64,000 nucleotides of DNA, taken from contig OZ024744.1 in the NCBI GenBank assembly GCA_964016885.1, forward strand, positions 18,166,001 to 18,230,000, given 5' to 3'. Positions 1-10,159 of this stretch are shown in pieces. The notes below the pieces were generated by a model. The model searched no databases. It was not told where the DNA came from and was given only the letters and a program-made list of their open reading frames with translations. The translations under genes were made by a program, and so were the position numbers. Each line of letters starts with the position of its first letter. The first letter of the stretch is position 1. This stretch comes from Eledone cirrhosa (lineage: Eukaryota).

Positions 1-3000
1 GAATGTATGTGTCACTGTGTATGTCACTGTGTGTTTCTGTATATCTGTGGCACGGTGTATGTCACTGAATGTTTGTGTGTGTCTGTGTCACTCTGTTTGT
101 CACTGTGTGTTTCTGTATGTCTGTGTAACCGTGTATGTTAGGTATCTTTGTATATGCCTGTGTCACTGTGTATGTCACTGTGTGTTTCTGTATTTCTGTG
201 TCACTGTGTATGTCACTGTGTGTTTCTGTATGTTTGTGTCACTGTGTATGTCACTAAATGTTTGTGTGTGTCTGTGTCTCTGTGTATGTCACTGTGTGTT
301 TGCGTGTGTCTGTGTCACTGTGTATGTCACTGTGTGTTTCTGTATGTCTGTGTGACTGTGTATGTCACTCTGTGTTTGTGCATGTCTGTGTCACTGTGTG
401 TGTTTCTGTATGTCTGTGTCACTGTGTATGTCATTGTATCTTTGTGTTTGAATGTGTCACTGTGTATGTCACTGTGTGTTTGTGTATACCTGTGTCACTG
501 TGTATGTTACTGTGAGTTTCTGTATGTCTGTGTCACTGTGTACGTCACTGTATATTTCTGTATGTCTGTGTCAGTGTGTATGTCACTGGTTGATTCTGTA
601 TGTCTGTGTCACACTGTATATCACTGTATCTTTGTGTAGGTCTGTGTCACCGTGTATGTCACTGTATCTTTATGTATGTCTGTGTCACTGTATATGTCAC
701 TGTATCTTTGTGTATGTCTACGTCACTGTGTATGTCACTGTGTGTTTCTGTATGTCTGTGTCTTTGTGTATGTTACTGTACCTTTGTGTATGTATGTGTC
801 ACTGTGTATGTCACTGTGTGTTTCTGTATGTCTGTGTCACTGTGTATGTCACTGTGTGTTTCTGTATATCTGTGTCTCTGTGTATGTCACTGTATCTTTG
901 TGTATGTCTGTGTCACTGTGTATGTCACTGTAACGTTGTGTATCTCTGTGTCACTGTGTATGTCACTTATCTTTGTGTATGTCTGTGTCACTGTGTATGT
1001 CACTGTGTGTTTCTGTATGTATGTGTCACGGTGTATGTCACTGTATGTTTGTGTATGTCTGTGTCACTGTGTATGTCACTGTATCTTTGTGTATGTCTGT
1101 GTCACTGTGTATGTTACTGTGTGTTTCTGTATGTCTGTGTCACTGTGTTTGTCTTTGTGTGTTTCTGTATGTCTGTGTCACTGTGTATATCACTGTATGT
1201 TTGTGTGTGTCTGTGTCACTGTGTATGTCACTGTATGTCTCTGTATGTCTGTGTCACTGTCTATGTCACTGTGTGTTTGCCTGTGTATGTGTCACTGTGT
1301 ATGTCACTGTGTGTTTCTGTATGTCGGTGTCACTGTGTATGTCACTGTGTGTTTCTGTATGTTTGTGTCACTGTGTATGTCATTAAATGTTTGTGTGTGT
1401 CTGTGTCTCTGTGTATGTCACTGTGTGTTTGCGTATGTCTGTGTCACTCTGTATGTCACTGTATGTTTCTTAATGTTTGTGTCACTGTGTATGTCACTGT
1501 GTGTTTGCGTGTGTCTGTGTCACTGTGTATGTCACTGTGTGTTTCTGTATGTCTGTGTGACTGTGTATGTCACTCTGTGTTTGTGTATGTCTGTGTCACT
1601 GTGTGTGTTTCTGTATGTCTGTGTCACTGTGTATGTCATTGTATCTTTGTGTATGTATGTGTCACTGTGTATGTCACTGTATCATTGTGTATGTATGTGT
1701 CATTGTGTATGTCACTGTGTGTTTCTGTATGTTTGTGACACTGTGTATGTCACTGTGTGGTTCTGTATATCTGTGTCTCTGTGTATGTTACTTTATCTTT
1801 GTGTATGTCTGTGCAACTGTGTATGTCACTGTATCTTTGTGTATGTCTGTGTCACGGTGTATATCACTGTATGTTTGTGTATGTCTGTGTCACTCTATAT
1901 GTCACTGTATTTTTCTGTATGTATGTGTCACTGTGTATGTCAATGTGTGTTTCTGTATCTCTGTGTCACGGTGTATGTCACTGTATGTTTGTGTATGTCT
2001 GTGTGACTGTATATGTCACTGTATGTTACAGTATGTCTGTGTCACTGTGTATGTCACTGTGTGTTTCTGTATGTCTGTGTCACTGTGTATGTCACTGTAT
2101 ATTTGTGTATGTCTGTGTCACTGTGTATGTCACTGTGTTTCTGTATGTCTGTGTCACTGTCTATGTCACTGTATGTTTCTGAATGTCTGTGTCACCGTGT
2201 ATGTCACTGTATCTTTAAGTATGTCTGTGTCACTGTATATGTCACTGTATCTTTGTGTATGTCTACGTCACTGTGTATGTCACTGTGTGTTTCTGTATGT
2301 CTGTGTCTTTGTGTATGTCACTGTACCTTTCTGTATATCTGTGTCACTGTGTATGTCACTGTGTGTTTCTGTATGTCTGTGTCACTGTGTATGTCACTGT
2401 GTGTTTCTGTATATCTGTGTCTCTGTGTATGTCACTGTAACGTTGTGTATCTGTGTCACTGTGTATGTCACTGTATCTTTGTGTATGTCTGTGTCACTGT
2501 GTATGTCACTGTGTGTTTCTGTATGTATGTGTCACGGTGTATGTCACTGTATGTTTGTGTATGTCTGTGTCACTGTGTATGTCATTGTGAGTTTCTGTAT
2601 GTCTGTGTCACTGTGTATGTCACTGTATCTTTGTGTATGTCTGTGTCACTGTGTATGTCACTGTGTGTTTCTGTATGTCTGTGTCACTGTGTATGTCACT
2701 GTATCTCTCTGTATGTCTGTGTCACTGTCTATGTCGCTGTATGTTTCTGAATGTCTGTGTCACTGTGTATGTCACTGTGTGTTTCTGTATGTCTGTGTCA
2801 CGGTGTATGTCACTGTATGTTTGTGTGTGTCTATGTCACTGTGTATGTCACTGTGTGTTTCTGTATGTCTGTGTCACTGTCTATGTCACTGTATGTTTCT
2901 GAATGTCTGTGTCACTGTGTATGTCACTGTGTGTTTCTGTATATCTGTGTCACGGTGTATGTCACTGAATGTTTGTGTGTGTCTGTGTCACTGTGTATGT

Positions 3001-5326
3001 CACTGTGTGTTTCTGTATATCTGTGTCACGGTGTATGTCACTGAATGTTTGTGTGTGTCTGTGTCACTGTGTTTGTCACTGTGTGTTTCTGTATGTCTGT
3101 GTCACCGTGTATGTCACGGTATCTTTGTATATGCCTGTGTCACTGTGTATGTCACTGTGTGTTTCTGTATTTCTGTGTCACTGTGTATGTCACTGTGTGT
3201 TTCTGTATGTTTGTGTCACTGTGTATGTCACTAAATGTTTGTGTGTGTCTGTGTCTCTGTGTATGTCACTGTGTGTTTGCGTGTGTCTGTGTCACCGTGT
3301 ATGTCACTGTGTGTTTCTGTATGTCTGTGTCACTGTGTATGTCACCGTGTGTTTGTGTATGTCTGTGTCATTGTGTGTGTTTCTGTATGTCTGTGTCACT
3401 GTGTATGTCACTGTATGTTTCTGTATGTCACTGTGTATGTCACTGTATCTTTGTGTATGTCTGTGTCACTCCGTATGTCACTGTGTGTTTCTGTATGTCT
3501 GTGTCAATGTGTATGTCACTGTGTGTTTCTGTATGTCTGTGTCACTGTGTATGTCACTGTGTGTTTCTGTATGTCTGTGTCACTGTCTATGTCACTGTAT
3601 GTTTCTGAATGTCTGTGTCACTGTGTATGTCACTGTGTGTTTCTGTATATCTGTGTCACGGTGTATGTCACTGAATGTTTGTGTGTGTCTGCGTCACTGT
3701 GTATGTCACTGTGTGTTTCTGTATGTCTGTGTCTCTGTGTATGTAACTGTATCTTTGTGTATGTCGTTGTCACGGTGTATGTCACTAAATGTTTGTGTGT
3801 GTCTGTGTATCTGTGTATGTCACTGTGTGTTTGCGTGTGTCTGTGTCACTGTGTATGTCACTGTGTGTTTCTGTATGTCTGTGTGACTGTGTATGTCACT
3901 AGGTGTTTGTGTATGTCTGTGTCACTGCATGTTTCTGAATGTCTGTGTCACTGTGTATGTCACTGTGTGTTTCTGTATGTATGTGTCACCGTGTATGTCA
4001 CTGTATCTTTGTGTATGCCTGTGTCACTGTGTATGTCACTGTGTGTTTCTGTATGTCGGTGTCACTGTGTATGTCACTGTGTGTTTCTGTATGTTTGTGT
4101 CACTGTGTATGTCATTAAATGTTTGTGTGTGTCTGTGTCTCTGTGTATGTCACTGTGTGTTTGCGTGTGTCTGTGTCACTGTGTATGTCACTGTGTGTTT
4201 CTGTATGTCTGTGTGACTGTGTATGTCACTGTGTGTTTGTGTATGTCTGTGTCACTGTGTGTGTTTCTGTATGTCTGTGTCAATGTGTATGTCACTGTGT
4301 GTTTCTGTATGTCTGTGTCACTGTGTATGTCACTGTATGTTTCTGTATGTCTGTTTCACTGTGTATGTCACTGTGTGTTTCTGTATGTCTGTGTCACTCT
4401 GTATGTCACTGTATGTTTCTGAATGTTTGTGTCACTGTGTATGTCCCTGTGTGTTTGCGTGTGTCTGTGTCACTGTGTATGTCACTGTGTGTTTCTGTAT
4501 GTCTGTGTGACTGTGTATGTCACTCTGTCTTTGTGTATGTCTGTGTCACTGTGTGTGTTTCTGTATGTCTGTGTCACTGTGTATGTCATTGTATCTTTGT
4601 GTATGTATGTGTCACTGTGTGTGTCACTGTATCATTGTGTATGTCTGTGTCATTGTGTATGTCACTGTGTGTTTCTGTATATCTGTGTCTCTGTGTATGT
4701 TACTTTATCTTTGTGTATGTCTGTGTCACTGTGTATGTCACTGTATCTTTGTGTATGTCTGTGTCACGGTGTATATCACTGTATGTTTGTGTATGTCTGT
4801 GTCACTCTATATGGCACTGTATGTTTCTGTATGTATGTGTCACTGTGTATGTCAATGTGTGTTTCTGTATCTCTGTGACACGGTGTATGTCACTGTATGT
4901 TTGTGTATGTATGTGTGACTGTGTATGTCACTGTATGTTACATTATGTCTGTGTCACTGTGTATGTCACTGTGTGTTTCTGTATGTCTGTGTCACTGTGT
5001 ATGTCACTCTATATTTGTGTATGTCTGTGTCACTGTGTATGTCACTGTGTGTTTCTGTATGTCTGTGTCACTGTCTATGTCACTGTATGTTTCTGAATGT
5101 CTGTGTCACCGTGTATGTCACTGTATCTTTATGTATGTCTGTGTCACTGTATATGTCACTGTATCTTTGTGTATGTCTACGTCACTGTGTATGTCACTGT
5201 GTGTTTCTGTATGTCTGTGTCTTTGTGTATGCCACTGTACCTTTGTGTATGTCTGTGTCACTGTGTATGTCACTGTGTGTTTCTGTATGTCTGTGTCATT
5301 GTGTATGTCACTGTGTGTTTCTGTAT
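1..5326. repeat. Type-A HOR, truncated copy
   Basis: Carries type-A markers GTAACCGTGTATGTTAGG (TTAGG at 138), CTGGTTGATTC (~586) and CTTTAAGT (~2213). It matches 41060-46385 at offset 41,059 (ORF 148 vs 41207, ORF 3893 vs 44952). Confidence 0.93.
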
Positions 5327-7173
5327 GTCGGTGTCACTGTGTATGTCACTGTGTGTTTCTGTATGTTTGTGTCACTGTGTATGTCATTAAATGTTTGTGT
5401 GTGTCTGTGTCTCTGTGTATGTCACTGTGTGTTTGCGTGTGTCTGTGTCACTGTGTATGTCACTGTGTGTTTCTGTATGTCTGTGTGACTGTGTATGTCA
5501 CTCTGTGTTTGTGTATGTCTGTGTCACTGTGTGTGTTTCTGTATGTCTGTGTCAATGTGTATGTCAATTTGTGTTACTGTATGTCTGTGTCACTGTGTAT
5601 GTCACTGTATGTTTCTGTATGTCTGTTTCACTGTGTATGTCACTGTGTGTTTCTGTATGTCTGTGTCACTCTGTATGTCACTGTATGTTTCTGAATGTTT
5701 GTGTCACTGTGTATGTCACTGTGTGTTTGCGTGTGTCTGTGTCACTGTGTATGTCACTGTGTGTTTCTGTATGTCTGTGTCACTGTGTGTGTTTCTGTAT
5801 GTCTGTGTCACTGTGTATGTCATTGTATCTTTGTGTATGTATGTGTCACTGTGTGTGTCACTGTGTGTTTCTGTATATCTGTGTCTCTGTGTATGTTACT
5901 TTATCTTTGTGTATGTCTGTGTCACTGTGTATGTCACTGTATCTTTGTGTATGTCTGTGTCACGGTGTATATCACTGTATGTTTGTGTATGTCTGTGTCA
6001 CTCTATATGGCACTGTATGTTTCTGTATGTATGTGTCACTGTGTATGTCAATGTGTGTTTCTGTATCTCTGTGTCACGGTGTATGTCACTGTATGTTTGT
6101 GTATGTCTGTGTGACTCTGTATGTCACTGTATGTTACATTATGTCTGTGCCACTGTGTATGTCACTGTGTGTTTCTGTATGTCTGTGTCACTGTGTATGT
6201 CACTGTATATTTGTGTATGTCTGTGTCACTGTGTATGTCACTGTGTGTTTCTGTATGTCTGTGTCACTGTCTATGTCACTGTATGTTTCTGAATGTCTGT
6301 GTCACCGTGTATGTCACTGTATCTTTATGTATGTCTGTGTCACTGTATATGTCACTGTATCTTTGTGTATGTCTACGTCACTGTGTATGTCACTGTGTGT
6401 TTCTGTATGTCTGTGTCTTTGTGTATGTCACTGTACCTTTGTGTATGTCTGTGTCACTGTGTTTCTGTATGTCTGTGTCACTGTGTATGTCACTGTGTGT
6501 TTCTGTATATCTGTGTCTCTGTGTATGTCACTGTATCTTTCTGTATGTCTGTGTCACCGTGTATATCACTGTATCTTTGTGTATGTCGGTGTCACCGTGT
6601 ATGACACTGTAACGTTGTGTATCTCTGTGTCACTGTGTATGTCATTGTATCTTTGTGTATGTCTGTGTCACTGTGTATGTCACTGTGTGTTTCTGTATGT
6701 ATGTGTCACGGTGTATGTCACTGTATGTTTGTGCATGTCTGTGTCACTGTGTATGTCATTGTCAGTTTCTGTATGTCTGTGTCACTGTGTATGTCACTGT
6801 ATCTTTGTGTATGTCTGTGTCACTGTGTATGTCACTGTGTGTTTCTGTATGTCTGTGTCACTGTGTATGTCATTGTGTGTTTCTGTATGCCTGTGTCTCT
6901 GTGTATGTCACTGTATCTTTGTGTATCTCTGTGTCACGGTGTATGTCACTGTATTTTTGTGTATGTCTGTGTCACTGTGTGTTTCTGTATGTCTGTGTCA
7001 CTGTGTATATCACTGTATGTTTGTGTATGCCTGTGTCACGGTGTATGTCACTGTATGGTTGTGTGTGTCTGTGTCACTGTGTATGTCACTGTCTGTTTGT
7101 GTATGTCTGTGTCACTGTATGTTTCTGTATGTCTGTGTCACTGTGTATGTCACTGTGTGTTTCTGTATGTCTG

Positions 7174-10159
7174 TGTCACCGTGTATGTCACTGTATCTTT
7201 GTGTATGCCTGTGTCACTGTGTATGGCACTGTGTGATTCTGTATGTCTGTGTCACTGTGTATGTCACTGTGTATTTGCGTGTGTCTGTGTCACTGTGTAT
7301 GTCACTGTGTGTTTCTGTATGTCTGTGTGACTGTGTATGTCACTGTTTGTTTGTGTATGTCTGTGTCACTGTGTGTGTTTCTGTATGTCTGTGTCACTGT
7401 GTATGTCTTTGCATCTTTGTGTATGTCTGTGTCACTCTGTATGTCACTGTGTGTTTCTGCATGTCTGTGTCACTGTGTATATCACTGTGTGTTTCTGTAT
7501 GTCTGTGTCACTGTGTATGTCACTGTATATTTGTGTACGTCTGTGTCACTGTGTAAGTCATTATATCTTTGTGTATGTCTGTGACACTCTGTATGTCACT
7601 GTGTGTTTCTGTATGTATGTATCACTGTGTATGTCAATGTGTGTTTCTGTATGTCTGTGTCACTGTGTAAGTCATTGAATCTTTGTGTATGTATGTGACA
7701 CTCTGTATGTCAATGTGTGTTTCTGTATTATGTGTCTCTGTGCATGTCACTGTATCTTTGTGTATGTATGTGTCACTGTGTATGTCACTGTGTGTTTCTG
7801 TATGACTGTGTCACTGTGTATGTTACTGTGAGTTTCTGTATGTCTGTGTCACGGTGTATGTCACTGTATATGTTTGTATGTCTGTGTCAGTGTATGTCAC
7901 TAGGTGTTTCTGTATGTCTGTGTCACACCGTATATCACTGTATCTTTATGTATGTCTGTGTCACTGTGTATGTCACTGTGTGTTTCTGTATGTCTGTGTG
8001 ACTGTGTATGTCACTGTGTGTTTCTGTATGTCTGTGTCACTGTGTATGTCACTGTGTGTTTCTGTATGTCTGTGTCACTGTCTATGTCGCTGTATGTTTC
8101 TGAATGTCTGTGTCACTGTGTATGTCACTGTGTGTTTCTGTATGTGTGTGTCACGGTGTATGTCACTGTATGTTTGTGTGTGTCTATGTCACTGTGTATG
8201 TCACTGTGTGTTTCTGTATGTTGTGTCACCGTGTATGTCACTTTATCTTTGTGTATGCCTGGGTCACTGTGTATGTCACTGTGTGTTTCTGTATGTCTGT
8301 GTCACTGTGTATGTCACTGTGTGTTTCTGTATATCTGTGTCACGGTGTATGTCACTGAATGTTTGTGTGTGTCTGTGTCACTGTGTATGTCACTGTGTGT
8401 TTCTGTATGTCTGTGTCACTGTGTATGTCACTGTATATTTGTGTATGTCTGTGTCACTGTGTATGTCACTGTGTGTTTCTCTATGTCTGTGTCACTGTCT
8501 ATGTCACTGTATGTTTCTGAATGTCTGTGTAACTGTGTATGTCAATGTGTGTTTCTGTGTGTCTTGTCACGGTGTATGTCACTGTATTTTTGTGTGTGTC
8601 TGTGTCATTGTGTATGTCACTGTGTGTTTCTGTATGTCGCTGTCACCGTGTATGTCACTGTATCTTTGTGTATGCCTGTGTCACTGTGTATGGCACTGTG
8701 TGATTCTGTATGTCTGTGTCACTGTGTATGTCACTGTGTATTTGCGTGTGTCTGTGTCACTGTGTATGTCACTGTGTGTTTCTGTATGTCTGTGTGACTG
8801 TGTATGTCACTGTTTGTTTGTGTATGTCTGTGTCACTGTGTGTGTTTCTGTATGTCTGTGTCACTGTGTATGTCTTTGCATCTTTGTGTATGTCTGTGTC
8901 ACTCTGTATGTCACTGTGTGTTTCTGCATGTCTGTGTCACTGTGTATATCACTGTGTGTTTCTGTATGTCTGTGTCACTGTGTATGTCACTGTATATTTG
9001 TGTACGTCTGTGTCACTGTGTAAGTCATTATATCTTTGTGTATGTCTGTGACACTCTGTATGTCACTGTGTGTTTCTGTATGTATGTATCACTGTGTATG
9101 TCAATGTGTGTTTCTGTATGTCTGTGTCACTGTGTAAGTCATTGAATCTTTGTGTATGTATGTGACACTCTGTATGTCAATGTGTGTTTCTGTATTATGT
9201 GTCTCTGTGCATGTCACTGTATCTTTGTGTATGTATGTGTCACTGTGTATGTCACTGTGTGTTTCTGTATGACTGTGTCACTGTGTATGTTACTGTGAGT
9301 TTCTGTATGTCTGTGTCACGGTGTATGTCACTGTATATTTTTGTATGTCTGTGTCAGTGTATGTCACTAGGTGTTTCTGTATGTCTGTGTCACACCGTAT
9401 ATCACTGTATCTTTATGTATGTCTGTGTCACTGTGTATGTCACTGTGTGTTTCTGTATGTCTGTGTGACTGTGTATGTCACTGTGTGTTTCTGTATGTCT
9501 GTGTCACTGTGTATGTCACTGTGTGTTTCTGTATGTCTGTGTCACTGTCTATGTCGCTGTATGTTTCTGAATGTCTGTGTCACTGTGTATGTCACTGTGT
9601 GTTTCTGTATGTGTGTGTCACGGTGTATGTCACTGTATGTTTGTGTGTGTCTATGTCACTGTGTATGTCACTGTGTGTTTCTGTATGTTGTGTCACCGTG
9701 TATGTCACTTTATCTTTGTGTATGCCTGGGTCACTGTGTATGTCACTGTGTGTTTCTGTATGTCTGTGTCACTGTGTATGTCACTGTGTGTTTCTGTATA
9801 TCTGTGTCACGGTGTATGTCACTGAATGTTTGTGTGTGTCTGTGTCACTGTGTATGTCACTGTGTGTTTCTGTATGTCTGTGTCACTGTGTATGTCACTG
9901 TATATTTGTGTATGTCTGTGTCACTGTGTATGTCACTGTGTGTTTCTCTATGTCTGTGTCACTGTCTATGTCACTGTATGTTTCTGAATGTCTGTGTAAC
10001 TGTGTATGTCAATGTGTGTTTCTGTGTGTCTTGTCACGGTGTATGTCACTGTATTTTTGTGTGTGTCTGTGTCATTGTGTATGTCACTGTGTGTTTCTGT
10101 ATGTCGCTGTCACCGTGTATGTCACTGTATCTTTGTGTATGCCTGTGTCACTGTGTATG
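7174..10159. repeat. Near-perfect 1,467-bp tandem duplication (7174-8640 / 8641-10107)
   Basis: Identical or nearly identical translations at a constant 1,467 offset (7243/8710, 7337/8804, 7717/9184, 8104/9571). One difference was spotted (7872 G vs 9339 T). Confidence 0.92.

Noticed and set aside
138-142. TTAGG, the arthropod-type telomeric motif
   Set aside because: It occurs once per type-A HOR as a mutated GTCACGG site and never in tandem.
931-938. AACGTT palindrome and other rare CpG-containing variants as regulatory or CENP-B-box-like sites
   Set aside because: They are short point variants propagated by duplication, with no match to the 17-bp CENP-B box. They are useful only as markers.
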